Of a stretch of 64,000 bases of DNA, positions 1 to 13,371 are shown piece by piece; position 1 is the first letter of the stretch, and every line of letters starts with the position of its first letter. A program made the translations under genes and the position numbers. The notes under the pieces were generated by a model. That model did no database searches. It was given only the letters and a program-made list of their open reading frames with translations, and was not told the origin of the DNA. Origin of the DNA: Amphiscolops sp. MND2022 (Eukaryota); NCBI GenBank assembly GCA_964187785.1, contig OZ076409.1, positions 45,200,001 through 45,264,000 of the forward strand, given 5' to 3'.

Positions 1-1359
1 TGAAGGAATGGCTGGGAAGGTAGTTGGTACTGATGCGTTGATCGGTGCGGGCACTGTTGTAAGAGACGTCGGGTTAAAATAGTATACGGTTCCTCCAACG
101 GTGACTGGAAGAATAGGCGAAGCAGTTGGGGCCACACTAGTAGCCGGCAAAACTTTCGGAAACACGGTGTGGTTCGTAGTTACGGGAGTTGCGGTCACAG
201 GTTGGTTACTTGGTCCTGTCGGAAACGTCCAGGTTGAGAAGTTTGGAAGAAGATGACTTGCGGGAACAGTGACTGTTGAAAAGGGAAATGACGTGGCGGT
301 CGCCAAAGGGGCTGATGCTGTAGCAGTTACAGATGGAGCAATTTTCCTCTGAGGCGTTGTGGTTGATTGGGGATCTTGGACGTGGCCAGTGTTTGGTAGG
401 TAAACTATTGAACTTTTTTCCGTAACTAAAGGCACGTTGTTAGTTGTTGGTGCGGTTGGAAGGGCTACAGGAGTCACTAGTGGGAAGCTAGGTGTTGGTG
501 TTGTTGTAGGGGCTCCACTGTTGACTGAATTTTCTGCTGCAGTAGTGACGGTAACGGCGTTCGGGTACAAAGTTCCAGCATTTGTGGGCTCACGTGCAGT
601 AGCTACGGGTGAAATGTTAACCCACTCGCTGACACGGACCGTATCGTCAGCTTTAGTCGAAGCAGGTAGTTGCGACACAGTGACTAGAAACTCTGATTGA
701 GAGTCCGACAGGTCCTCAGTCACTTCAAGCTCAGTGAGTGTCAGCTAGTTTCTTTCGATTCTCCTCTTCTAATCGTTCTACTCGAAGTGCTTGCTCCTTC
801 TTGAGTCGGTCGGGCCAACGTCTAAGTAGTTCTTGTTATTCCTCTAGACGTTCAAGTTACAGATACTGCTGTTGCTACGCAGATCTAAGGGCGGCTTAGT
901 TTGGCCTTCCTGTCTCCTCTTTCCATTGCTTGGCAATCAACAAGTTCCTTTGTCACTGACTGGATGTTCTCGATTGTCTGAATGTCTTTGAAGCTGGCGT
1001 TTTGATTGGTGGCTTGTTCTTTGTGACGATTAAGATGCTCCATCGACGATTGGACATTGATCGACTTAATCCCGAGCCTTCTTCAAAACCTCAGCAATTC
1101 GAGTGGTCACTTCGTTCAACCAAGTTTTCAAATCTTCTTCAACAAGTGACGGGGTTTCTGTTCTGCCAGCCAGTTCGAAAAGTTGTTCATGTTTGGCAAA
1201 CAGTTTTGTCATTGCTTCATCTCATGAAGTAACAAGTCTTTCATCCCGGACACGGCTATCTTTGTTCTCCACGGCATCTTGAAATCTCTGTAATTCGGTC
1301 TCGGCCTTGGCACGACTTTCGAAAAGCTTTCTAACTTTGTCTTGCCTGGTGTCGGTCAT
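1..1359 (-). pseudogene. Degraded gag-like ORF N-terminus, probably from a BEL/Pao-type LTR retrotransposon; runs off the window start
   Basis: Minus-strand translation from the ATG at 1359 gives MTDTRQDKVRKLFESRAKAETELQRFQDAV..., then a charged coiled-coil (LRVERLEEENRKKLAD), a VSEWVN motif and a long Pro/Thr-rich tract. It has many stops and a frameshift. The family is inferred from this architecture only. Confidence 0.5.
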
Positions 1360-1944
1360 TTTCGTCGTTTTTTTTCGTTAGAAAAGGAATCAAGGTAGTA
1401 GGGAAAGTGTTAATCGAAATACAACTAGGGATAAATTCTTCGACAGCGTCAACCAAGCAATTAAGCTTAGACACAGCTGAACGGAGGAAACGTTCGGTTT
1501 CACGGTAACGGTGTGGAGCTGATGGAAGCCGTATCTCACGATAACAGCAACGGTAGAGAAGTTTTACGATTTTTTTTTCAATTTTTAAAAGTAGTTACAA
1601 GAAACGGGAGGAAATGTGACGACACTTCAATTTAAAAACACGCTCTTCTCGAAAGGGTGACGTTCGTGCTATACTCACTGCCCAAAGAGCGGAAGAAGGC
1701 CGAAAGGATTTCATCCAGACGAAAAAGTCTGGACACCGTCCAAACGGCAGGAAGAAAGGGGCACCGACTGCTATGTTTTATGGTTTCTTCTGAAATTCGG
1801 TTCACTTTCTTCAGTCATTCTGCAGCACTTTTCCCATGAACAAAGTTGAACTCATCTACCCAAAATTACTACAGCCGAGAAAGGCGCATTGACTTCAGAT
1901 CGTTTCACTGTCGAACTTCAACCTTTAGTTCTTTCCGGTCGTCT

Positions 1945-2186
1945 TCTGTAAGCGTCGACCATGTTTCTGCTTCTAACAGTAACGAATAGATCCCATAATA
2001 ACGTGTAATTACATAAACGAATGTTTCATACATATTCAGGCGTCAAATCGGAAACAAATAGTTGCTACATGTATATAGTGATCACATGTACAGGCGGCAG
2101 CGGAGAGTGAAAAAACAGCAAATAACTGACGCCAAATCAAGCTGTTAATACGGGGTAAGCAAATCCAACTAAGATAAACACTGACA
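1945..2186 (-). mobile_element. Putative 5' LTR and primer-binding site of the element above
   Basis: The minus strand reads ...AGAAACA|TGGTCGACGCTTACAG at 1962/1961, i.e. CA followed directly by TGG. A candidate TG start is at 2186. No second LTR is in the window to confirm it. Confidence 0.3.
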
Positions 2187-2221
2187 AGTGAACTACAATA
2201 AAATTTTCCATAAACATCAAG

Positions 2222-3040
2222 GTGCTGAAAAGTGCATTAACTAACGCTGAAAAGGGAGATGCCTATGCAAGAGAATTCAAATGCCTGACAAGGCGTGCAC
2301 AAAAGTTAATTTGTACCCTATGGTCTTCTGATGTTTCTTATGGAAAGCGAAGCCTAGTCATTCAGCATATAAAAACTGAGAGACACAAGAACAAACAGCA
2401 ACAATCGGAGCGACAAACTTTACTATCCAACTGTCCTCAGACAAACTACTTTGCCATACACTTTTGTAATGCATTTTTATCAGCTAATATACCAATGGAA
2501 AAATTAGGGAACACCCAGTTAAAAACTCCTCGAAAATTACACCAAAAATGCCATAATCGACACTATTCTTCAACTAGAAGGGAATTTGCCATCATGGGAT
2601 ATTGTGAAATTGCTTGATATTGTCTGTGAAAAGCTGTCAGATCCAGTCAGCAAAGCCAATTTTGACGAGAACATGGCCAAAAAAATCGGGACTAAAAATG
2701 CTTTCAGACATGGTCAAGGGAAAATTTTCTGATCGAGGAAACCTATGGACTGCTGGCGATAGAGATATTCTTGGTAGAGTTTCTATCCCGAACTGCTTTG
2801 TGGAACGGTTTTTCAGTAGATACAAGGATATACTGTCATGCAGACGGCAAAGTCCTACTAAGAACAATATTGCAAAAATGTTGTTTTGCTCTTGTAACTC
2901 TGATCTTTAGTAATTTTGCATTTAAGTTATTGCAAAATTCAATGTTTGAAAGCACATATTTTCTTACATATTCGACCTATTTCAGGCACATAAATATTTA
3001 CATATTTTAAAAGTTAAAGAACATATTATTATCGGCTCTA
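2222..3040 (+). mobile_element. Internally deleted hAT-type (CGGBP1-like) transposase relic
   Basis: BED-like finger remnant (ICTLW...VIQHIKTERH) and FLSANIPMEKLGN, followed in another frame by a hAT C-terminal signature (CFVERFFSRYKDILSCRRQS). The catalytic middle is missing. Confidence 0.6.
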
Positions 3041-3402
3041 GTAACGAATTGAAGACTTAACTTTGTCGATAACTAACGTCGACAATAACTTACTCAGAAA
3101 ATATCAACAGTGGGGAAATAAATGAACATCTTCACTAAAAATGCTGCCTCTTCAATTGACCAAAATTAGTGTCAGAATTGGGAAGAATTTAGTTTGCTCC
3201 TGACTGAAGTTTGATCCACAATATTATGCAGCCGGTCGAATTTAGTACAAGGTGAATCTCTTCTTGAGTCGTTGCCTCTCCATGACCACCATGAAATAAC
3301 TATAGCTTATGTTTCTATAGATCGTTTTTCAAAACAAAGGCCGATAATAATTGATTATTTGAAGCCAATTTCTATCAAATTTTGATCCCACAATGATGAC
3401 AA

Positions 3403-3533
3403 AAGCAATCAAAAATTAGATGTAAAGCGCCAAAAAGAACGAAATACCTAAAAAATATTTGACAACAATATTGTCAAATATTTTCCAGGTATTTCGTTCT
3501 TTTTGGCGCTTTACATCTAATTTTTGATTGCTT
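3403..3533. repeat. Long inverted repeat (~63-bp arms, 5-nt loop)
   Basis: AAGCAATCAAAAATTAGATGTAAAGCGCC...TTTGACAA-CAATA-TTGTCAAA...GGCGCTTTACATCTAATTTTTGATTGCTT, with 2 mismatches. Confidence 0.95.
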
Positions 3534-3614
3534 GGAAAAGGCCTTGCTATTTTTGTTACTGTTGTTTGTAATATTACAAACAACAGTAACAAAAATAGCA
3601 AGGCGTTTTCCAAG
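3531..3614. repeat. Near-perfect 84-bp palindrome with no spacer
   Basis: CTTGGAAAAGGCCTTGCTATTTTTGTTACTGTTGTTTGTAAT|ATTACAAACAACAGTAACAAAAATAGCAAGGCGTTTTCCAAG, with 1 mismatch. Confidence 0.95.
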
Positions 3615-3668
3615 TTTATTTTACCGAAATCGGAGAAATATCTCCAAAATATGAAATATTTTTACATG

Positions 3669-3733
3669 TCTGGGGATCGAACCCACTGTCTTTTGCACCG
3701 AAAGCTAGCGCGCATCCTTTTTGCCAAACTGCC
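3669..3733 (-). mobile_element. tRNA-derived SINE-like head
   Basis: The minus strand has an A-box-like TGGCAAAAAGG and a B-box GGTTCGATCCC at tRNA-like spacing, but no intact cloverleaf. Confidence 0.5.
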
Positions 3734-4378
3734 TAGAAAGTATTCGATTTCTATTTGGTTTTAATCTCATTGCTTGTCAACATTTTTCTTCTACATAAAA
3801 ATGGAATTATAATATCTTGGATGATTATTAGATATCTAAAACGTAGTGTGGCAATTTGCAAGAGCATTGCCCAGGTTTCCAGGACAAGACTAATCTCTTC
3901 GAAAGATTTTGGAATATCTTATCCAAAGGTTTGCGCACTATATTCGTGTAGTGTTTTTTAATCAACGAAAAACCCAAATTAGGAGTGATCCAAAATATTT
4001 ATATAGCGGTTCATACCGCTTCAAAGCCTCAAAACTTTTTCCAAAACATGCCAACTCTGAATAAATATGGCGTAGACTTTTCAAGGCTTTGAATCCTAAT
4101 GCATGTTTGGAAACAATGGTTTATTGCCCACCGATAGCAAAACTTTTAAAGCATCCATGAAGAATAATCTTGACGGAATTGTTTTATATGGAAACAAAGG
4201 GGACCATGGAAATTAACGGCTGTGTAGCGCTAAAAGCTGAATAAGTCTCAAAAATATGCTGAAAGTAGCTTTTAAAAAATCTCGCAAATTTCAGAGTGAC
4301 AAAAATTAGTCGAAGGGTATCCTGTAGCCTAAAAAACGCTTTTCTTTGACTGAAATCATTTCAGAAATTGTGAAAAAA

Positions 4379-4961
4379 CGTACGGCGACAACTCATATCA
4401 AGCGACAACTCATATCAAGCGACAACTCATATCAAGCGACAACTCATATCAAGCGACAACTCATATGAAGCGACAACTCATATCAGGCGACAACTCATAT
4501 CAATTTATAAAAGCGACAACTCATATCAAGCGATAACTCTTATCAATCAAACTCATATCAGAAAATTTAAATCTATATTAATTAGATAATTAGAGAAAAT
4601 TAGATAATTGACAAGTAATTTTAGAAAGAGTAACAAGCTTTTATGGTAAATATCAGTGTCATGGATAATCATTTCGTTATCACACCTTTGTTCAAATGGT
4701 TGTGGAGAAAATAGTTGTGGTGGGTAGAGTGCCTAAAAGGCGAAATAATTATAAATAAACTAGAACTTTTAATTGCATTTATTCTTAAATTTTTCTTGAA
4801 ATTGAGTACAAGTATTTGTAACCTATTGGCAAACCTGATATGAGTTGTCGCTTTTTCCTAATTGATATGAGTTATCGCTTGATATGAGTTGTCGCTTTTT
4901 CAAATTGATACGAGTTGTCGCCTGATATGAATTGTCGCTTGATATGAGTTGTCGCTATGCC
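4379..4961. mobile_element. Non-autonomous foldback/MULE-like element with inverted subterminal 17-bp tandem repeats
   Basis: GCGACAACTCATATCAA repeats on the left and reverse-complement repeats on the right, flanked by a 9-bp direct repeat GTGAAAAAA (4370-4378 and 4962-4970). Confidence 0.85.
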
Positions 4962-5152
4962 GTGAAAAAAAAATCGCACAGTGCCAAAAAACCAGAAAAA
5001 GGGCCCCTTTAGGCTTCAAAAACGTCTTTTCCGAAGATAAAACGAAAGACACTCTTCAATAAAATACACTGTTTAAAAAAATAGCAGTGTAGTCGAAAAA
5101 AAAGCTGAAGAAAAAAATTGACCTTCAAGGTTTGCAAACATGGAAAATTTTG

Positions 5153-5234
5153 GCCACGGTGGGATTCGACTACCAGGATTTTGACCAGGGCAGATTAGGA
5201 AGCACGTACCCTAACAATTAGGCCACGTCACGGC
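5153..5234 (-). mobile_element. Degenerate tRNA-derived SINE-like head
   Basis: Minus strand GCCGTGACGTGGCCTAATTGTTAGG...GTCGAATCCCACCGTGG, with A/B-box-like motifs. Confidence 0.4.
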
Positions 5235-6304
5235 GAGAAGAAAATTTGTTCACAAAGTGGATGTTTCAGATGCATTCTATTGTCTGGCAAAACAGCTAGT
5301 CACTGTAATAGCCGAACGCATTTCCTAGAAAATGCGCTGACTCAAAAAATGGAAGTTGATGAAAGTTTTGATATTCAACTTGACTTTAAAAGTCTACTTC
5401 CAGTCCAGCTTCTAAGGTATTTGATAAAACGTGCAGACATAGCTCGTACTGAAATGTCAAGTTTACGAAACACCGCGGTATCAACATTTTACTTACCTTC
5501 TATCTCATTTTCGGGTTGGCAAATTTCTGTAAAGGGTTGTTCGTTCATTTTTGGTTGACTTGTGTCCAGTGTTTCAACAAAAACCAGATGTTAGCAAGTT
5601 TTACAATCGCGTAGAACAAAAACGATTGAAAGTTTGGCTGTGCTCAATCAATATGATACGAAACTAAATGTTTTCAAAATGAATTCAAACGAGCACACGA
5701 ATATTTAACTTGGTTATTGCATCGCGAGTTTAATTTTTGAAGACTCTTCAAAAATTATTCACTCACTCGTGCGAAGTTCAAAAAACTTGTTTAATGTACC
5801 AGACACACAACATGAAAGACAGAAAGCGCTAGAGCTCTAGATGTGAATATAAGCATAACATGCGAAGGTACTCGATGAAAGAAAAAATTGATTTGATTGG
5901 AGAAGCGAAACTTGAAAATGGCTAAACTAGCTTGAAAAGGCGTTAGAAACGTAATCTTGGAATCTTTTTATAAACGTAAACCTAACAAGATGTTGATATG
6001 GACAGAACTAAAAACGAGGCGCATCTGAAAACGCTAGATTACGTGACACAAGCCTTTACGTCACGAAATAGAACGAGTACGTATTGATGTTAGAACTGTG
6101 CAACGTTACGATATATGGTCACCGAAACACTTACGCGGAGAAAGTATACCATCTCAAGAAAAACATTTTCCAAATGCAAAATATATCCGGAAAAGAGAAT
6201 AGACAATACTTCTTTTCCTCTAATAGCTCACGTGTCATTCCCCATATGCTCTTTTTTAATCTTCCGTGGTGCTTCGCGGGACCCAATTTCGAATGACTTG
6301 TGAA

Positions 6305-6766
6305 GTCATTTACAAATGCCTTCTAGTGACCGATTCAAAATTTTCAAAACTTTTCAGTACTTTGACGCTTTGAAGTCCTTTTGCTATTTTCGCGCCTTAG
6401 ACATGGCGCCGACTTGGGCCGGCCCCGGCTTGTTTAAACTTTCATTTAGACGACAGACCTTCATGAGACCGAAGACCAATATATTTTCTTGACGTTTTCT
6501 GTAAATGTCGAAGTTAAACAAACGGGCTAACGAATGTCATTTACAAATGCCTTCTAGTGACTGATTCAAATTTTCAAAACTTTTCAGTACTTTGACACTT
6601 TGAAGTCCTTTTGCTATTTTCGAGCCTTAGATATGGCGCCGACTTGGGCCGGTCCCGGCTTTTTAAAACTTTCATTTAGACGACAGAGCTTCATGAGAAC
6701 GAAGACCAATATATTTTCTTGACGTTTTCTGTAAATGTTGAAGTTAAACAAACGGGCTAACGAATG
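6305..6766. repeat. Two-copy tandem duplication, unit ~231 bp
   Basis: GTCATTTACAAATGCCTTCTAGTGA starts at 6305 and at 6536; the units are highly similar. Confidence 0.9.
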
Positions 6767-7984
6767 TTTTATTGAATGCGATAACTGTACGTTTTATGAA
6801 GGCAGCTTTCTGCAATGAGCGGCTGTTCTGTCTCCGCGACCATGAATGCTGGCAGGTATGTTTGTTTTTACTTACATGTTGAATGTTAGCGCCTTATTAT
6901 GTTGATGTAGCTACAAGGGTTTGGTGAGGAGTTTAGTGTAAAATTCATACGAACTCAAATTGTACAAACCAGTGTATAATATAGCAACGGCAATGTATAT
7001 TTAGTCAGCGCGTCATCCTTTTAAGGAAAAATGCCCGACTCTTACAGTGACCTTTTTCCTTCAGATGACAGACCTCGCACTGATCAGTCACCTTTTTGTA
7101 CAGAAACTACTTAGATATAGCGCAGCCTTCGATATAGCGCCAACTTAAAACGTTCTTGTCCTGTTTTCAATCAAAGTTCAAGTGTTTAACGTTTTTGGTT
7201 TCAAGTTTATTTGTTTGACCCGTTCATGGTTTCTTTAGTCATCTCAAGCAAGTTTTGGTATCACCTCCAGTTCTTCTTGGATTTCTCCGTCCAACTGTGC
7301 TGATCCACTGGCTTCTTCCGGGGCCTCGTTTTCCCTCCTTCCACGCTTGATTCCATTACTTTTTGCCCAAAACCGGTTTTTTCTTTGTTCTTCAGCTTTG
7401 GCGTTATGTAATGCTATCGGTTTCAGGCTCCCTCCTTTTTGATTTTTTTTCGCGGTTTTTCTGCTGTCTCTCTCATTTTCTTCAATTTTCGGGCTTTGGA
7501 ATGCACTTTTCTATTTCTCTGTTTTACGTCACGTTTCGCAATCACTTGACGCCCTCTAGGCGTGTTGTGTGTGATTGTGCTACTTGATTCTGCCGTGCCA
7601 GCACAGCGCTAATTCTTGAATTGGCTTTCCGATTTTGTTTTCCTTGTTCTGCTCGGAGAAATATTGTTAAATCATCGTCCTTCAGGGATTTGTCGGGTCA
7701 GAGTTGTACGGCTTCATCCATTCTTAAGCAATGTTTAAGTTTTTATTAAGAATGCCTGTCTTTCAAATACTTTCTCAAATGAGCTTCTGCTATTGACCGT
7801 CGCGGCCGTTCGCAGAGCGAGCAGGAGTCGAGATAAACCAGCTATTCCTTATTCGATGATATATGATTTGTCAAACTTTTGTCATTCGTTTATTTTTCTG
7901 ATAAGGTATCCGGGTTTTCCACTTCCTCGATGTTTCGCTACAGGACATTCTATGTCATTGGTGAAGTGGCATTCATGTGTCAGT

Positions 7985-8200
7985 TTATATCCAACCCTTT
8001 CGATGCTGTCTGCCGCGAAAGTGCTTTTCCCAGTTTTATATTAAAGTTTGCTTCATCCAATCTCTACAGAACTTCTTTTGACTTCGTCATATATTCTTCT
8101 CGATTCTGTGTGTTACAATGAGGATATCATCATTGAAAGCAAATGTGTTTGAGATACCTGCGAGGGATAAATTCATGGTTTGTTGGAATTCCGTTAACGT
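7985..8200 (-). mobile_element. Ty3/Gypsy reverse transcriptase fragment (degraded)
   Basis: Minus-strand TEFQQTMNLSLAGISNTFAFNDDILIVTH...KEVL*RLDEANFNIKLGK matches the YxDD region of Gypsy RT. Confidence 0.75.
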
Positions 8201-9684
8201 CATTTTTCAATGTTTTCTTATTGTGTTTTGCTTTCTTTATGAGTGCATTATACTGAATTATTGGACTTACGTGTTTTTGAGCTCCACGGAATTTTGCATG
8301 TACAGTTGAATCCGCCTATTTCGTATCGCTAGGGATCGAATGAAATAGTACGAAGTATGAAAAATGAGAATTATTGGCTGCACTACTTTGATCTTCGCGG
8401 AATGGGGATTTGTGTAACTAATTACTCGAAAATCCAAAAAACCCGGATACAAGTTAACCGGAGTTTACTGTAGTTGCCAGTCTCATCTACTGATGCATTT
8501 TACACCGGATCGTGTCACCAGTTTTCGTGCTTCTCGAAAGCTATTGTTGCCAACTTCCAATTCGCAAAAATGTATGCCAATAAAGCAACAAGTTTGTTGT
8601 TGAAGTCGACGTACTTATCGTCTTTTGGCAGCGACCGAACAAACAATACGCCATACTGCAATATCTTCACATAATTTTTCAGATTATATTGATGAAATTA
8701 TAGATGATAAAAAAAGTACGGTCACATAATTTTTGCTACTGCATGGTCTACACTGTTTAACAATGTTCTGTAACGGTCAGATTCGTTTGCTCTATGTCGT
8801 ACTACTTCTGCAGTGGATATGAAGTATTTTTCTGTTATCGCGGCAGCAAAAAGGTCGCTCCACTTCTTCCTTTCTGTTCTCGATTTTTTGGGGGATCACC
8901 CCAATTTGGGGTCAGCCCAGCCAATGCTGAGCTCCCTTCTTTTCTTTGTTGTTCATTGATATTGTTCTGTCGCAGCGCCATGTTAAATAAAACAATTTGT
9001 GGTAAACGAATATTTAATTGAATGCAATAACTGTACGTTATGAAGGCAACTGCAATGAGTGACTGTTCTGTCGCCGCAGCAAGGGATGCTGGCAAAGTAT
9101 TTTGCAGTTTTTTACATCTTGAAATGTTAGTGTCTTTTTATGTTGATGTAGCTAAATGGCCTCAACAACAGTAGGGGAAAGTTTTTATCTGACTCAGAGG
9201 GTAACATCCGGTTTTGTTGGCAAAGAGTTTCGGTTTCACCCATGTACTGCCCGAGGATATATTAAATCTTGTTTGAACCCCAGTGAAGTGGTGAGATGAG
9301 ACCTTCTCGTTTTGGTAGTGTTTGTACAAACCGAATAAATTGATCAACCGTACATTGCAATAGAAAGACGTGATATAGTGATTATCTCCATTAGATCGGA
9401 CCCTGATCTGCATTTTTTAAACTAGTAGAAATTATCTTGAAGGCATGGAAACGAACTCCACATTGTTATTATAAAAGACCCGGTATAATCGCGACCATTC
9501 ATTCCGTGCCAGTTGCCAAATTAGTTCAGAATGCCAAAATCTTTGAAAGGGTGCTCTCGTTCAATGTGTCATCCGTTTCATTTTTAACATGCTTATTTGA
9601 TTTCAAACGATATGTCCGTTCACATTTGGCACTGTGCAACTAATTTCATTTTCACAAAACTTTGATATTGTTAGGAATATTATA

Positions 9685-10866
9685 CACTCTTGTTTGTAGC
9701 TACCGAACTAACACGTAGTTTGTACATGCAAAAGTGAACGCTTGATTTGCGCGTTAATTAAACACCCGCTGAAAACATTGACAAACATTTCATCAGCCAT
9801 GTTCATTGCGTTTCAAACGCTCAGTCTTTGAATTCACGTATTCTGAAAGAATTGAAAGATTGGGTCCGAGGAAAACCAGTGGTAAAATCAGAAAAAAAGT
9901 CATTCAGAAATTCCTTCAAAACTTTTCTGAATCGAAAATTTCGAAAGACTTTTTAGTCTCAAAAACTTCTGTGCATCGTATTTTTGTGGCGTACAACAAA
10001 GACGGCAGGATTGAACGCAAGAAAGGACCAGGCAGAGCACCGAAAACTACCGAAAAATCGAAAAATATTCTTAGACGCCTCTCAGTAATGTGTCCTAAAC
10101 TTACATCTGAGCTGCTCAAAAACGACTGGGCAGATGGATACAAATATCACGCCAGTAGTATTAGAAGAAGTTTGTTGAAATATGGGCTTTTCAGGAGAAG
10201 GGGTGCCAGAAAACCTCTTTTGACCAAGAAACAGATTTCAACTTGTCTCAAATGGTGCAACAAAAAAGGAAAAATTACGATGTTTTACTGGAAGAAAGTG
10301 ATATACAGCGATGAGACCAGAATAGAGATACGAGCCAGTCGCATACATTTGTCTCAAAACCAAAAGTCTCAAATTATCGGTACAATCATAAATACCTCAC
10401 CTCAAAAGTACTGGGCAAACAAAAATCGACCAGCTATTCCAACAGGACAATGCCCCATGCCACAAATCGTCCAAAGTTTTATCCTTCTTTGAAAAAGAGG
10501 GAATTGCTCTACTCCCAGACTGGCCAGCTAGGTCCCCGGGCTTTACTATCATCGAGAATTGGTGGGACTATTTGAACACACTAGTAGCAAAACATAACAT
10601 TTCAAATCTCTAAGAATTTTCGACAATTGTTCAACAAGAACTTTTCAAAATTCCGGACAGTTTAATCGAGAATTTGTTTGATTCAATCCCAAGAAGAATT
10701 GATGCCGTTATCAAGAACAAAAGCCTTCTGATACGATACTGAAAACTCTTCCAAACTTGGTACGTTACCGTTTCATAAATATTACTAACATAGTTTTCTT
10801 AAAACTGTTGTAACTCTTATACCTAGGGCATTCTTACAACTGGTTCGGTTACTACAAACAAAGTTG
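9685..10866 (+). mobile_element. Tc1-family transposon relic (DD35E spacing) with internal deletion, frameshift and premature stop
   Basis: HTH region, GRAPK linker and KVIYSDE. A second frame gives LFQQDNAPCH...WPARSPGFTIIENWW and C-terminal SIPRRIDAVIKNK ending at 10742. Degenerate TIRs: TA|CACTCTTGTTTGTAGCTACCGAAC and GTTCGGTTACTACAAACAA. Confidence 0.9.
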
Positions 10867-11719
10867 AAACAATTTTTGATATTAGGAAAAGAAAGTTTTA
10901 TAAGCCGGAAGGGCCTTTTTGGGTTATTTTGATACTATCCAACTTTCAGTTTCAAAAAAGTCTTCGTTTGGTTTTCCTGATCTTTCTAGTCAAAAAAACT
11001 TCAAACTCAAATGTACTTCTTTTTTGTCGGGAATGCACTTGTTTGGAACTGGGTATGAAAACAGCTATTCCCCGTTTTTTGTTTTACAAAAAAGCTTTTT
11101 CAAGCCCAGAGACTTCCTTCGAGTTTTTTAAATTTGTTCAAAAACCAAATGAATGGCTCAAAACAGTATCTTAAAGCTTTGAAATGCTTTTTGAGCGTTA
11201 TGCGGGAACCGACACATTATGGTTCCAGTCGCAATGTCTTCTGAATAAACTTCCGTGGATAGATTCATTTTTTGTTGAGCTGAAAGGAGATTTTAGCAAG
11301 GTTTGAGATGAGAACTTTGGAACTTTTGACATGCTTCGGATGACGCATTTTACCACAAAAAGCCAAACCACCTAAAAACTCTAAAGAATGTTTTCAGTGT
11401 TTTTGCAACCAAGGACAGTCATCATTCGAGTTTTACCTGATCTCAGGCAATGAATCTCACACTTGCAACGAAAGACAGTATTAGTCAATCCATAGAACAA
11501 GGTCTTTGTTGCCACTTCTCTGTTCAAAATTTTCCAGTAAAGGTTGTTCAGAAACAAGTACTTTAGTAGTTGGGAAACATTGTTTAAAAAACAAACAAAC
11601 GTTTAATTTAACAAAAAATCTAAATGCTGGAACCATAACAGCATGTATGCTCCAAGTAATTTTCAAATTTATACACCAACTCAAAATTGGACTTTTCGCC
11701 TCTGTATTGCATCAAAAAA

Positions 11720-11885
11720 CGGGATCGAAGGTCCACGATATTTTTGTTAGTTATCTCTCAGATAGAAAACTACGTTTTTCACAAAGGAAGAAATAAATCG
11801 TGCCTGAAGGTTGAAACGGGTGTACCTCAGGGTTCAGTCTTAGGACAAATTAGCCATCTTTGCTGATGATTCTACAATCATAGAA
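11720..11885 (+). mobile_element. Non-LTR retrotransposon (LINE) RT fragment
   Basis: SYLSDRK, VETGVPQGSVLG and IFADDSTII motifs in order across frameshifts. Confidence 0.8.
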
Positions 11886-13371
11886 GCATCATAGGAATCA
11901 TGATTTTACAATCAATTAAAGACTTCACTCTCTGCAAGAGATTTTACAATGTAACAAAACTTTGTCTTCGAACTCTTCTTTGTAGAGAATATAAAAGAGT
12001 TTTTTGACAATTACGACAAGGTGGTCATTTGCAAAAATTTTTTTGAAATGCCTCCTCGAAACGATCAATGTACCAGGCGGCACAAAAAAGATCACTTCAC
12101 AACTGCGTACAGTAGAATATCTATCCAGAGAAAACTTTCAAGTGACGATTTCAATTTGAGGATTTGATATCAAACATACCTAACGTTTTCGTTGCTGATA
12201 AAAAGCAACTGCTTCCGCTGTTACTTCGAACAATTCGAAACTTAAGATCGAAATAAGTTCAAATTTCCTCACCATTATAATTAAGAATATTGGTTGACGA
12301 AAAAGTATGGAGTAGTGTATTTTTCATCATTACCACTATCTGGTTATCTACCGGAGGGACTCGACTAGTTTTGATCTCTTTTCCTGTCCAGATTGGATTG
12401 TTATTTGCTCTGAGTCATAAAAGTTGTTATTCTCCTTTCCAATCAAACAAACGTTTCTTTTTCTTTCAAAACATCATAGGGTCTTTTATTTTTCTGGGCC
12501 TAATTGAGAACTACATTAATTTGAACGTTCCCTGTTTGCTTATAATTAGGTGATGGTCATATTGGTACCCTCACTCTTCTGACATCCAAAACAAATGAGA
12601 ATGCGACACAGGCCGAAACAAATGCCATTGCCGCCGCTGCTCTCTGGACTGATTTTTTAGTTACACTAAACAAAAATAATTTCAAAAGGAGTTGCGAAGT
12701 GAGTTGAAACCCAAATTATGAGGATTTGCCATCCTGGCTTCTAACAATGTCAGGACGTTTTTGAGTGTCGTGATTTGCATTGATTTCTAAATTATCAGCA
12801 GCAGAAGTATCTGCGGGTTCAAAATGAGGTTCAAGAGAATTGACCTTCGCACAAAACATAGACTTGACAGCCGCACTTTCGAACAATTGTGTCTGAGAGA
12901 TTTGTTGATACGTCGCATTATTGCTGGCCCTCTGCATATTATTTTTCTTGAAGTTGTCTAGTCCTCTTGACATCCTTTGATTCATTTCCTCTGCCAATTT
13001 TGCCACTTTCTCGACTATGCTATTAGTTTCTTAATAATTTGTTTCTGTCCTACTGTGATACTCTGTTAGCTTCATTATATCGCAAAAATTTGCGTCTATT
13101 GGTTAACAGGGCTTTTTCAATACTCTGGTTTGGTCCATCGGACTCATTCATCAAGTTATAATTCATGCTCTATACAGATCAGATTACCATTTCCGATCAA
13201 TGAGTTCAAAATTAGACGTGATGTCAGGTTCAAATGACCTCTTTGCTCTGTTCTCACGATGCTACTTCGAGATTAAAAGGTCTAATAAACAGCAATGATA
13301 TGTAAACAGGATAAAGCGGTGTATTTCAGTTCCACATTCAGGTCGGTGGTAGGTTCCGTTCCACATTGCAC

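Noticed and set aside
3669..3733. Functional tRNA gene
   Set aside because: A/B boxes are present, but the acceptor and anticodon stems do not pair, so it is treated as a SINE-like head.
12716..13006. 96-aa minus-strand ORF
   Set aside because: Frameshifted in copy 2 and has no recognisable domain; probably decayed retroelement sequence.
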